A stretch of 64,000 nucleotides of DNA from Eubacteriales bacterium. GTDB taxonomy: Bacteria > Bacillota > Clostridia > Oscillospirales > CAG-272. Where the stretch lies: contig JAZNCE010000128.1 in the NCBI GenBank assembly GCA_045587385.1, positions 341 through 64,340 of the forward strand, in the 5' to 3' direction. Every line of letters begins with the position of its first letter. Position 1 is the first letter of the stretch. Position numbers and translations under genes: made by a program. Positions 27,238 through 36,628 of the stretch are shown piece after piece. The notes beneath the pieces are model-generated. The model ran no database searches and was not told where the DNA came from. It worked only from the letters and a program-made list of their open reading frames with translations.

Positions 27238-28704
27238 TCAATAATCGTAGCCGTAAGCCTCGTAGATTTCCTTGAGAAGCTTCTTGGTCTGCTTTTCATC
27301 CTTGGTGATGTTCTTGACGATAGAGGGGCTCTTGCTGTTGAGCGAGGTCTGCACGATGGACGCGCAAGCCAGAGACTTGTGGTGGAAGTGAGTATAACCA
27401 AAGTCAAATACCTTGTTACGGATGATCACGTCAACCATCTCAGCGGACTCGGGGTCACGCGCGGTCTTGGACTTTGCAACCTTTTCGTACAGAGTCTCGG
27501 TTACCATGTAGTAAGAGGAAGAGGACAGAACCTCCATCATATAGCCTGCCATATCCAGGTTTTCATCGGAAACGCTCTTGGGAATGATGGCAACGCAAGC
27601 AGAACCGTTTACAAAGCTCAGGTAATCTTCCTGATCCTCGTCATACTTGGGCTGAGGCAGAAGACCGAAATCGTCCTCCATATCCTTCAGACCGATCGCA
27701 CCGGACAGATAGCTTGCATACATCAGAGCTCTGCCGGACTTGAATACGTTTGCAGGCTCGGAGTATATGGAGTTGTTTGCAATATATTCCTGAACGGTTA
27801 CGTGGAAAGACTGCTGGGTAACGATCAGCTCATAGATCTTATCGTATACAGTCTGCAGTCTGTCGGTGTTAGCCTCGTATACGGGCAGGTGATCCTCATC
27901 AAAGGAGAACATGGTGCAGCCTGCGCCAAAGAAGAAGTTATAGTCACAGTCAAGCGACCAACCTACAAGGCCGTAGAAGTCGTCCTGATAATTCACCTTA
28001 CCGTCACCGTTAAGGTCCTTGGTCTGATCCTTGGTCAGAAGCAGCATATCGTCAAGGGTCCAAGTGCCCTGTCTTGCATCGTCGTAGGGGAACTCAAGAC
28101 CGTACTCGTCGAACAAATTCTTGTTGAAAATGATTGCAGCGGTAATGGTGTTGGTGCTGGGCAGCAGGTCTCCGCACACCATCAGCATGCTGTCACCGAT
28201 CATAAAGCCGTTCTTGCAGTCCTGGTCCCACCAAGGCTGGTCAAAGTTCACATGCTCCAGGTCGTTGAGCTTGTAGAGGTTGTTGCCAAGCGCCAGGTTG
28301 GTTGCAGCATCAACCATATGCTGGAAAACGATGTGGTATTCACCGGTGCCTGCGGTAACGTCGGTCTTAACGTCCTGACCGAGAGTGACGTAGTCCTCAA
28401 CGAGCAGGCCGTTGATCTCAACGCCATAGTAGCTTTCGATCATGTCGTTTCTTCTGTAAACAGCGTCCTCAAGCGGGTCGGTGGAGTTTTCTTCGGGACC
28501 GATATTGGTGGCACTATTACTGAGAATGACAAGCTCCTTACCCTTGTAAGCATCCGAAAATGCAAGGTCGGGGCTGACCCAGTGAGACTCTTCCTCGGAT
28601 ACACCCTCGGAGGAATTCTCGTCCTGGTTTGCGTCAACGCAAGAAGCCAGCATAGCGATCATCATAACGCCGCACAAAAGCAGAACTAAAAGCTTTTTGT
28701 ACAT
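27238..28704 (-). CDS. Extracellular solute-binding lipoprotein, copy B2
   Basis: Lipobox LASC; GTWTLDDM, DLNGDG, FGLLPQPKYDEDQ; close paralog of 28859-30349. Confidence 0.88.
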   Translation of the reverse strand: MYKKLLVLLLCGVMMIAMLASCVDANQDENSSEGVSEEESHWVSPDLAFSDAYKGKELVILSNSATNIGPEENSTDPLEDAVYRRNDMIESYYGVEINGLLVEDYVTLGQDVKTDVTAGTGEYHIVFQHMVDAATNLALGNNLYKLNDLEHVNFDQPWWDQDCKNGFMIGDSMLMVCGDLLPSTNTITAAIIFNKNLFDEYGLEFPYDDARQGTWTLDDMLLLTKDQTKDLNGDGKVNYQDDFYGLVGWSLDCDYNFFFGAGCTMFSFDEDHLPVYEANTDRLQTVYDKIYELIVTQQSFHVTVQEYIANNSIYSEPANVFKSGRALMYASYLSGAIGLKDMEDDFGLLPQPKYDEDQEDYLSFVNGSACVAIIPKSVSDENLDMAGYMMEVLSSSSYYMVTETLYEKVAKSKTARDPESAEMVDVIIRNKVFDFGYTHFHHKSLACASIVQTSLNSKSPSIVKNITKDEKQTKKLLKEIYEAYGYDY

Positions 28705-28746
28705 AAGTATGTCCTTCTTTCTTACAAATATTTTTATACGAGTAAT

Positions 28747-28775
28747 ATTCTACCACAAATTCCATTGGTTGTCAA
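28747..28775 (-). promoter_or_regulatory. sigma-A promoter of SBP B2
   Basis: Minus strand TTGACA-N17-TAGAAT. Confidence 0.75.
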
Positions 28776-28815
28776 GACAAACTTTCAACGGCTATTTTTG
28801 TGCACCTTGCACGAT

Positions 28816-28848
28816 AAAAAGGAATCCCTTGTGAACAAGGGATTCCTT
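28816..28848 (-). terminator. Terminator of SBP B1
   Basis: AAAAAGGAATCCCTTG-TGAA-CAAGGGATTCCTT. Confidence 0.78.
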
Positions 28849-28858
28849 GATGGATCGA

Positions 28859-30349
28859 TCAATCGTATCCGTACGCCTTGAGGATCTTTTTGAGCTCGGT
28901 TCTGGTCTTGCGCTCGGAGGTAGTGATATCCTTGACGATAGAGGTCTTGTTTGCCTGCAACGCGGTCTGCGCAATGTTAAAGCAGGGGAAATCCTGACCG
29001 GAAAAGTGTGCGTAGCCAAAGTCGAACACCTTGTGACGGATGATGATATCCACCATCTCGGCAGACTCGGGGTCACGCGCGTTCTTGGACTTGGCAACCA
29101 CGTCGTACAGAGTATCGGTCACCATATTGTAGGACGCAGAGGTCAGAGCCTCCAGCATGTATCCCGCGATTGCGAGATTTTCCTCGGAAAGGCTTGCAGG
29201 CACGCAAGCTATGCTCGCGCTGCCGTTGACAAAGCCGAGATAATCGGTCTGCTTTTCATCGTACTTGGGATTGGGCAGGATGCCGTAATCGTCCACCATG
29301 TCACGCAAAGAGGTAGTCGTGGACAGATAGGTCGGGAAGAACAGTGCTCTGCCGTCGCGGAACACGTCAATGGTTGCCGTGTACATGCTCGGATCCTTTT
29401 CATACTGCGCCCAGATCACGTGGAAGGAATTCTGCGTGATGATCAGCTTATAGATCTTATCGTAGATCTCCTGCAATCTGTCGGTATTGGGGTCAAATAC
29501 GGGCAAGTGATCCTCGTCATAGGAGAACATGGTTGCGCCCGTGCCGAAGTACAGATTAAAATCGGCATCGGCAGCCCATGCAGTCACACCGTAAAAGTCG
29601 TCGGTATGAATGATCTTGCCGTCACCGTTGAGGTCCTTGGTCTGATCCTTGGTCAGCTCCAGCATGTCGTCCAGCGTCCACGTGCCCTGTCTTGCATCTT
29701 CGTAGGGCAGCTCCCAGCCGTTTTCCTCAAACAAATTCTTGTTGAACAGAACCGACGCCGTAATCAGCATGGCAGAGGGCAGCAGGTCGCCGCACACCAT
29801 CATCATGTTGTCGCCGATCACAAAGCCCTTCTTACAGTCCTGGTCCCACCATTCCTGATCGAAATCCACGTACTCAAGATCGGTCAGATTATACAGATAT
29901 CCGCCCGGAGCAAGTCCTTTCGCCGCTTCGATCATGTGCTGATACACGATGTGATATTCACCAGTGCCCGCGGTCACGTCGTTTTTGATGGCGGTAGAGA
30001 TCATCGTATGGTCGGACTGGTAAGCGCAGTTGAACTCAATGCCCAGCTCGTTTTCCAGCTTGTCGTCACGTCTGTAAACGGCATCCTCCAGGGGGTCGGT
30101 GGAGCTTTCCTCGGGAGCGATATCATACTTGTTGTACGCAAGAATGACCACCTCAACGTCCTTGAGATTGATGTCAACCTTGTCGAGCTTGAGGTCGGGG
30201 TTCATCCAGTAGCTCTCTTCTTCTACAACGACCGAGCCGTTTTCATCGGTTTCGGTACTGCCCTGCTGCTCGGGTGCTTTCTCTACACAGCCCGCAAGCA
30301 TAGCAAGCAGCATGCCGCAAAGCAGCAGCCATACAGTCAGCTTTTTCAT
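28859..30349 (-). CDS. Extracellular solute-binding lipoprotein, copy B1
   Basis: Lipobox LAGC; GTWTLDDM, DLNGDG, YGILPNPKYDEKQ. Confidence 0.88.
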   Translation of the reverse strand: MKKLTVWLLLCGMLLAMLAGCVEKAPEQQGSTETDENGSVVVEEESYWMNPDLKLDKVDINLKDVEVVILAYNKYDIAPEESSTDPLEDAVYRRDDKLENELGIEFNCAYQSDHTMISTAIKNDVTAGTGEYHIVYQHMIEAAKGLAPGGYLYNLTDLEYVDFDQEWWDQDCKKGFVIGDNMMMVCGDLLPSAMLITASVLFNKNLFEENGWELPYEDARQGTWTLDDMLELTKDQTKDLNGDGKIIHTDDFYGVTAWAADADFNLYFGTGATMFSYDEDHLPVFDPNTDRLQEIYDKIYKLIITQNSFHVIWAQYEKDPSMYTATIDVFRDGRALFFPTYLSTTTSLRDMVDDYGILPNPKYDEKQTDYLGFVNGSASIACVPASLSEENLAIAGYMLEALTSASYNMVTDTLYDVVAKSKNARDPESAEMVDIIIRHKVFDFGYAHFSGQDFPCFNIAQTALQANKTSIVKDITTSERKTRTELKKILKAYGYD

Positions 30350-30394
30350 AAGTCATTCCCTCTTTTCGGTGTAATTTGAAAATCTATCTTACTT

Positions 30395-30423
30395 ATTCTA
30401 TCATACATCCGCGCGCGTGTCAA
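30395..30423 (-). promoter_or_regulatory. sigma-A promoter of SBP B1
   Basis: Minus strand TTGACA-N17-TAGAAT. Confidence 0.75.
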
Positions 30424-30437
30424 GGGATTTGCACATC

Positions 30438-30462
30438 AAAAAAGGGCGACCGAAGCCGCCCT
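30438..30462 (-). terminator. Terminator after the surface-protein triplet
   Basis: AAAAAAGGGCGAC-CGAA-GCCGCCCT. Confidence 0.6.
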
Positions 30463-30467
30463 ATCAT

Positions 30468-32036
30468 TTATTCAGTTGTTGTGTCTGTGGTTTGCTCGGG
30501 TGCAGACTCCGCTTGCAGCTTTTTTTGCTTGCGTTTTTTGGCATGTTTGACCAGTATGACGATCAGCACCACGATCGACACAGTAGAAATACCGATCACC
30601 GCAAGCACGAGCAGCACACGTATGACAATGATACCGATCACCGCAAGCACGAACAGCGCGCCTATAACGATGAAGCCGATTGCCAAGTACGTGTACGCCG
30701 TGACCACGCGTTCGGGGTTTTCCACCTCGCACAAGGTAAAAATCAGATCCTCGTCGGGCAAGCCGTCCAAGTGGATCTTGTATCCCGCGTCGGTCTTTGT
30801 CCACTCCTTTGGTGCAATGCTGTACTCTCCCTTGCGCTCCTTGACCATAACGTAGGGCGTGTTGATATAGATATCCAGCGTGCCGAACTCGGTCCATGTT
30901 GAAGCGGGCGTCAGAAAATACTCATAGGCATAAGTAGGCTGCTCATATCTGCCGTTAATATGGGGATACAGAGGAGCTGTGACCGTATTGGTCAGCCGCT
31001 CGCCCGGTGCGAGCGTGATCTCGTACTCATACCATTGCAAAAGATGCCGCGAATAATCCCAGTCGTTCACGACACCGCCATACAAGCCGAGTGCTTTGTC
31101 TGACCCCTCCAGCTGCGCCACGGCAGCATTGAACCAATCGTGCGCCGCTACCCCCGATGCGGGATCGTAGCATTGCATGGCAAGCGCGCCAAAGGTAGTG
31201 CTGGTCTTGTCTACCACACTCATGCTGCCCTCGATCTCGGTTTCCAAAGAGCCGTTTTCATAGAACTTCCATTCCAGCTCGCCGACATCTTCACCCAATA
31301 CGTACACCGTGATCTCGGCATCAGACGTGTGCACGGATGCCCAGCCCGCATTTCCGTTCTCATCCGAATGGTAGCCGCCCAGATTTTCCAACATAAAGCG
31401 CGTATGTTCAAAAGCACCGTCAAAATACGTTGCCGCACGGGCAGAGCGGTATGTCTGCTTATCCACACTTATGCGGTAGGTATAAATATGCACGGGCAGA
31501 TCGTAGGTCAAAAAGCTATCCGTGCGGTAATCGTTATGCAGCTTTGCCATTTCCTCCGCGGGATCAAAGTTGTACAGATAGTGATCCCAATAGCTGTGTC
31601 GCACGGTGGTCTGTACCGCTGCACCGTTTACCTGCGCGCCGTATTCGGAAGCATTGTCGGGCGTGACGTATTCTCCCTTCTCGGAGTCGTAAATTTCGCC
31701 GTAATAGGGAGTGATCCCAAACGGAAAGAGCAGATTTGCCGTAACCGTCATATCACTTGGATTGTAAAAAGTATATTCCGCCGTCACACTTGCATCGTAG
31801 GCAAGATAGTCCTCGATACTGCCGTAAAGATTGCTTGGAAACGCCCCTATATCAAAGGTCAGCGTTTCGTGCTCTACCACCAAGGGGCATTCCCCTTCCG
31901 TGGTCAACACGCCCGACGTGCTCACGCCCTCCCAATAAGATTGCGCGGAATTGGCAGATGCGGGAAAGACCGCAAGAGCGCACAGCAGCACGCCTATGAC
32001 GGAAACGAAACATATTTTACGCGTTGGTTTGCTCAT
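30468..32036 (-). CDS. Secreted, C-terminally membrane-anchored protein, paralog 3 (DUF4424-like fold suspected)
   Basis: Start MSKPT (RBS GGAGG); signal peptide; VTAEYTFYNPSD; YEITLAPGERLTNTVTAPLYP; C-terminal TM plus basic tail. Confidence 0.8.
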   Translation of the reverse strand: MSKPTRKICFVSVIGVLLCALAVFPASANSAQSYWEGVSTSGVLTTEGECPLVVEHETLTFDIGAFPSNLYGSIEDYLAYDASVTAEYTFYNPSDMTVTANLLFPFGITPYYGEIYDSEKGEYVTPDNASEYGAQVNGAAVQTTVRHSYWDHYLYNFDPAEEMAKLHNDYRTDSFLTYDLPVHIYTYRISVDKQTYRSARAATYFDGAFEHTRFMLENLGGYHSDENGNAGWASVHTSDAEITVYVLGEDVGELEWKFYENGSLETEIEGSMSVVDKTSTTFGALAMQCYDPASGVAAHDWFNAAVAQLEGSDKALGLYGGVVNDWDYSRHLLQWYEYEITLAPGERLTNTVTAPLYPHINGRYEQPTYAYEYFLTPASTWTEFGTLDIYINTPYVMVKERKGEYSIAPKEWTKTDAGYKIHLDGLPDEDLIFTLCEVENPERVVTAYTYLAIGFIVIGALFVLAVIGIIVIRVLLVLAVIGISTVSIVVLIVILVKHAKKRKQKKLQAESAPEQTTDTTTE

Positions 32037-33618
32037 CGTGATCCTCCTTCTCGTCAGTTTCGTCAGTCTCATCACTTGCATCTTGCCCGGCAGGCGTCGC
32101 TTGGCTATTTTCCTGCTCCTTGAGCTTGGCTTTCTTTTTCTTGCGTCTGCGAATCAACAGCACAATGAGAACGATAACAGCTGCAATCACAACCACAGCA
32201 AGCAGCACGGGCAAGGCGTGCAGCAACAGCATTATGATCAGGATCACGACAAAGAAAAACATCATTGCCAAAAAGCCAAAATCAATATTGATCCTGCCCT
32301 TGCTCGTGGAAACGACCAGATAGGGTGCATCAATTTCTCCTGTGTACGCATATCCGTCCTCAATCTCGGAAAACTTCATGTACTCGGGATGTGATTCCAT
32401 CCTTTTGAGTCGCAGATCGGTCAAGACATGCACGCTGAACTGTCCGCACGCGCTCCATTGCTCTGCTGCGGGCAACGCAATCGGGTAGGTGTAGATCGGG
32501 GGCGTTTCGTAATCGTGCACAAAGGGATAGAGCGGCGACTTGACCGTCACGGTCGTACGCGCACCGGGTTCAAGCGTCACGCCAAAGATCTGCATTGCCT
32601 GCAAGCAGCTGTCGCCCGCCAAGCCGTACTTCGTGAAATTGCAGGTGCCCTCGGTATACTCGTAATAACTATCATTCCGCGTCAGATACGCGAACGTGGC
32701 GTTGTAATAATCGATCTCGCTGCAGCCGAGCGCTGCGTCGTAGCCCGTCATGCAATATTCCTCAAAGGTGATCTCCTCTTTCTCTTGCAGCGTCACCTCG
32801 ATCTCCATCGGCAAGCCCCCGTAGGGATACGGCTCAGTGCTTCCTTTCCATACAAGCGCGTCAATATCCTCGCCTATGACGTAAACGGAAACAACGTCCT
32901 CACACGCAGAAATCTGCGTACCATAGCCTAAATAAGTATGAAAGAGGGCGTCGCCCGAGCAGATCATGCGCGTGCCCGTATATGCGGGCAGCGTTGCGCT
33001 GACGTAAACGTCCTTATTCTCCGACTTTGGCAAAATCGAATACGTATACTTGTACACGGGCGTATTGCGGTAAAATATACCCTCTTCGATATAATCGTCC
33101 GACAAATACTTCACCCCGTACGCATGGGAGCGGATCGCAGCCTCCTGTGCGGTTTTGGATTGCGTGTAGTCGTACGCGTTGTAGCAAAAGACGTGTCTTG
33201 TCTGCGTTTCGACCTGCTCACCGCCGATCTCAACCGTGTACTTTTCCGCATCCGCACCCGCGGGCAGCTCGTTTGCATACCACGGCATGGACGCCGCTGC
33301 GTTGTGCGTCAGCAGCTCGGTATGTACGGTGTGATCGGTGGGATTATACAGCGTATAGGTGGCTGTCATTTGCCCGCCGTACGCCAAAAGCTGCTCTGCC
33401 GTTTTGTATTCCTCTAAAGGCAAGTCGCGGACATCCATGTATATCTCGGTGCTCTCTATGGCAAGCTCGGTCACCCCGTCCATGACGTACAAGCCGCCCG
33501 CAACCGATCCGCGATACGGCTCGGCAGGGGTAAATGCAAAAACAGGCATAACGGCAAGGACGCACAGCAGTATGCAAAGGAATACGGAAAATGCGATTCT
33601 TGGCGTTCTGTTTTTCAT
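32017..33618 (-). CDS. Secreted membrane-anchored protein, paralog 2
   Basis: Signal peptide; MTATYTLYNPTD; VTLEPGARTTVTVKSPLYP; C-terminal TMs plus RRRKKKK. Confidence 0.8.
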   Translation of the reverse strand: MKNRTPRIAFSVFLCILLCVLAVMPVFAFTPAEPYRGSVAGGLYVMDGVTELAIESTEIYMDVRDLPLEEYKTAEQLLAYGGQMTATYTLYNPTDHTVHTELLTHNAAASMPWYANELPAGADAEKYTVEIGGEQVETQTRHVFCYNAYDYTQSKTAQEAAIRSHAYGVKYLSDDYIEEGIFYRNTPVYKYTYSILPKSENKDVYVSATLPAYTGTRMICSGDALFHTYLGYGTQISACEDVVSVYVIGEDIDALVWKGSTEPYPYGGLPMEIEVTLQEKEEITFEEYCMTGYDAALGCSEIDYYNATFAYLTRNDSYYEYTEGTCNFTKYGLAGDSCLQAMQIFGVTLEPGARTTVTVKSPLYPFVHDYETPPIYTYPIALPAAEQWSACGQFSVHVLTDLRLKRMESHPEYMKFSEIEDGYAYTGEIDAPYLVVSTSKGRINIDFGFLAMMFFFVVILIIMLLLHALPVLLAVVVIAAVIVLIVLLIRRRKKKKAKLKEQENSQATPAGQDASDETDETDEKEDHDEQTNA

Positions 33619-35195
33619 GATTGTGCTCCTTTCTCGGTTTCCTGTTCCGTAGCTTGATCGGTTGAGAAGGCGGGTTTGCCCTTGCGCTTGCCTGACGTTC
33701 TGCGCTCATGCAGCAGCACAAGCAGTGCAATCAAGCCGCCTATTGCCGCGAACGGCAACGCGTACAATATTATGGTGATGATGAAGCGTATAAATTCTAA
33801 AACACCGGCAAGTGTCAATGATGCGGTATTGAGATTACTTTTATTACTGAGTGTAAAGCGCACTATGGGCGTTTCGGGATCGATCTGCATGACATATCCC
33901 TGCTCGATACGCTGGTAATCATCAGTCTTATGGGTGTGATAATAGTTGATATCTCCCATGTAAAGCGGGGTGTGGATATGCAGCTCAATATTCTCTACAG
34001 AGGTAAATGTACCCTGCACCACAGGCACGAAGCACCAAGTTCCCAACGTGATCTTACTGCTACCCGACGGCCATTGCCCCGGATATGCAAGCATCTGCAC
34101 GGTATTTTCCGCAGTTGCACCGGGAGCGAGCTCAATTTCATAATAAAGTAACGGCTGCAGCGACTCAAGTACATTCCAACCATTGGTCGAGGCATCGGTA
34201 ACCACACAGGATTGCTCGATGCGATTGTGCTGCAGCATATTCAGCACTGCACCGTACCAATCCTTTTGCGTAATGCCCCAGTTCGGATCATAGTGCTGCA
34301 TGGCAATCTCGCCCAGTGTGGTTTGGGTCTTACCTTGATAGATCATATCATGTTCGCCGCGAATCCTGCCTACCTTCCATTCGCCGATCTCAATCTCTCC
34401 CTCTCCAATGACGTACACATTGATCACGTCACCGTAAGAAACGTATCCGCCCATCGGTACGTAAGATGCTCCGCATAAAACATCCTTTTTAACTTCATGC
34501 CCCCACATGTGCGGAATAAAGACCAATGGATCGCCCTCTTGGAAGTGCACGTTGCAATCCAGCATTTCCGAGCCGCCGTTTTCCCTCACTTCATTCCCCG
34601 GAACGAAGGAATACACCGTCACAAGCGTATCGGCGGGGAGCTGCTCCCCGTCAAGTTTGTCTATCATATCCGCAAGCAGAGCTTGCATGGTGTAATCATT
34701 TTCGTAAACAATATGGTCATAACGGTTTTGCGCCTCGGAAAGATACGCATAGCGCACGATGGGCGTGACCGGCTTGCCGTCCAGCGTAATGCTGTATTGC
34801 TCCAAAAGGCGTGACGCCACGCTCACGCTCTCCCAATCTGCATATTCGGGCGGCAGCGTGGCGGGCATATACAAGCCCTGTTTGATGGGCTGATCGGTGG
34901 GATTTTCAAATACGTAGGTTGCACGCACGCGCGGCTGATATTCCAAAAACGATGCATATTGCGTAGCATCACGGTAGTCCCAATCGGGAGGCAGGCTGTC
35001 GATCTGCCACGTCACGTCCAAGGATTTGACGGCAAGCGGACTTTTTCCGCCCGCGGGATAGAGCGAAAAGTGCGGCACCGCGCCGTACGGATCAATGGGA
35101 GTCATGCCAAAAACAGGCATAACGGCAAGGACGCACAGCAAAAATGCCATTGCGCCTGCCGTTATGCACAGATTTATTTTTTTGAATTTTTTCAT
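33615..35195 (-). CDS. Secreted membrane-anchored protein, paralog 1
   Basis: Signal peptide; VRATYVFENPTD; YEIELAPGATAENTVQMLAYP; C-terminal TMs. Confidence 0.8.
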   Translation of the reverse strand: MKKFKKINLCITAGAMAFLLCVLAVMPVFGMTPIDPYGAVPHFSLYPAGGKSPLAVKSLDVTWQIDSLPPDWDYRDATQYASFLEYQPRVRATYVFENPTDQPIKQGLYMPATLPPEYADWESVSVASRLLEQYSITLDGKPVTPIVRYAYLSEAQNRYDHIVYENDYTMQALLADMIDKLDGEQLPADTLVTVYSFVPGNEVRENGGSEMLDCNVHFQEGDPLVFIPHMWGHEVKKDVLCGASYVPMGGYVSYGDVINVYVIGEGEIEIGEWKVGRIRGEHDMIYQGKTQTTLGEIAMQHYDPNWGITQKDWYGAVLNMLQHNRIEQSCVVTDASTNGWNVLESLQPLLYYEIELAPGATAENTVQMLAYPGQWPSGSSKITLGTWCFVPVVQGTFTSVENIELHIHTPLYMGDINYYHTHKTDDYQRIEQGYVMQIDPETPIVRFTLSNKSNLNTASLTLAGVLEFIRFIITIILYALPFAAIGGLIALLVLLHERRTSGKRKGKPAFSTDQATEQETEKGAQS

Positions 35196-35296
35196 AGCGA
35201 GTCCTCCTTTGTTCTGTCGGAATACTTTCGACTTCAGGCTTCATCGAATGAAGTAACCCATAGCAGACATTCAAGCGATAAGGACATACACTGCAT

Positions 35297-35436
35297 AGGC
35301 GTCCCCCGAAGGGAAGCTGGCGCCGTAGGCGACTGAAGGGGAACGCGAAAACTTGGGCTTGAATTGTTATATCCGAACGGTTAGCACGCCACTCCCCTTC
35401 GGTCGCTGCGCGCCAGCTTCCCCTCGGGGGACGCCT
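35297..35436. repeat. REP-like doublet / MITE with ~45-bp imperfect inverted arms
   Basis: AGGCGTCCCCCGAAGGGAAGCTGGCGC...GCGCCAGCTTCCCCTCGGGGGACGCCT. Confidence 0.8.
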
Positions 35437-35528
35437 TTTGGGCGCGCAACCATATCGTTTAGTTATCCACTACAAGTTAGTCGATCTTTATATTCCCATC
35501 ATTCCGGTTCTATCGGGGTTCACCTATA

Positions 35529-35555
35529 TAGACGCAAAAAATCAAAATTCGTTTC
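35529..35555 (-). promoter_or_regulatory. ECF-type promoter for the surface-protein triplet
   Basis: Minus strand GAAAC-N16-CGTCTA. Confidence 0.62.
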
Positions 35556-35599
35556 GCGTTTTTCAAAAAATATTTGTTAATAAATTGTAAACTTTAAAA

Positions 35600-35974
35600 T
35601 CAGTTGCCGTACAGTCTGTCCAGATCGTAGAATTCTCTTGCCTCGCGGGAGAACACGTGCACGATGACGTGACTGTAGTCCAGTACGATCCAAGCGTTGT
35701 TGCCTCTGCCTTCAACGGCTTCAGCCTTGATATCTCTTTCCTCCATCTTGAACTCGACCTCGCCTGCAAGTGCCTTGACGTGGGTGGAAGAAGTACCGTT
35801 TGCCAGCACAAAATACTCCGCAATGTCGGTCTTGTCCTTAAGCTCCACAATCTTGATATCCTTGGCTCTGGTATCTTCCAAAATCTCGGCAATCGCCTCT
35901 GCCAGCTGCAGAGGAGTAGCACCGATCAGAGAGGGCTTCTTTGCTTGGTTTTCGTTGTTCAGAATCTCTTCCAT
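35600..35974 (-). CDS. rsfS: Ribosome silencing factor RsfS
   Basis: YFVLANGTSSTHVKALA, WIVLDYSHVIVHVF, REFYDLDRL. Confidence 0.95.
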   Translation of the reverse strand: MEEILNNENQAKKPSLIGATPLQLAEAIAEILEDTRAKDIKIVELKDKTDIAEYFVLANGTSSTHVKALAGEVEFKMEERDIKAEAVEGRGNNAWIVLDYSHVIVHVFSREAREFYDLDRLYGN

Positions 35975-35998
35975 GATGTATTCCTTTCTATTTCTCGT

Positions 35999-36628
35999 TT
36001 ACTTTTCAATCTTCAGTTTCAAAATCAGGCTGTTTCGCGCTAAAAACGTATCTGCGCTGACGGGTGCACCGTCCTCGATCAGCCCCGCAATGGTCATGTC
36101 AAACGACTGCACCAGCACGCGCAACAGGTGCGCTTCGCGCTGCTCTCGCGTCATGTTTTCGGGCTCTGCTCCCCAAAAAGCGTTACGCAAAGTCACGCAA
36201 TCGGGAAAGGTGCGCGAGTCGTCAATGTAGTCGGCAAGGTAGATGATCTGTTCACAGAGCGTCATGTCTTCCCTGCCCGTGGTGTGGTAGCGCACTGCCG
36301 AGATGACCTCGCCGCTTGCATATTCGTAATACTGCTCGGGAATGAGCAGCGCAGCCGTTTTTGCGTGCAGCGTTTTGGGTGCTGCCAGATCCATGGCTGT
36401 GGGCGTGATGCCGTGTTCTTCAAGAAACGCCGCATGACGCTCGGTGCTCCACTCCTTTGTCACGTCGTGGAGCAGTGCCGCCACGCGCAGCATTTGCTCC
36501 TTTTCGGGGCAGTACAAGACAGATAATCTTGCCGCCATTTGTTCAACAGCCAGCGTATGACGCGCGCGCTTAGGTGACATATCCGCCGTTACAAGCTCGC
36601 GCAGCTGTAAAATCAATGCATTGTTCAT
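35999..36628 (-). CDS. yqeK: HD-domain Ap4A hydrolase YqeK
   Basis: RARHT..V, AALLHDVTKE, YHTTG, IYLADYI; next to nadD. Confidence 0.9.
   Translation of the reverse strand: MNNALILQLRELVTADMSPKRARHTLAVEQMAARLSVLYCPEKEQMLRVAALLHDVTKEWSTERHAAFLEEHGITPTAMDLAAPKTLHAKTAALLIPEQYYEYASGEVISAVRYHTTGREDMTLCEQIIYLADYIDDSRTFPDCVTLRNAFWGAEPENMTREQREAHLLRVLVQSFDMTIAGLIEDGAPVSADTFLARNSLILKLKIEK

Noticed and set aside
22383-30379. Plus-strand ORFs of 400-533 aa over the SBP genes
   Set aside because: Antisense shadows; their similarity to each other only mirrors the paralogy.
22398-35195. Diversity-generating retroelement or invertase shufflon behind the paralog arrays
   Set aside because: No reverse transcriptase, no TR/VR pair with adenine-specific differences, no recombinase, and all genes are co-oriented.
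35092-35274. 60-aa ORF upstream of the surface-protein operon as an ECF sigma remnant
   Set aside because: No sigma motifs, no clear RBS, and it overlaps the real gene out of frame.
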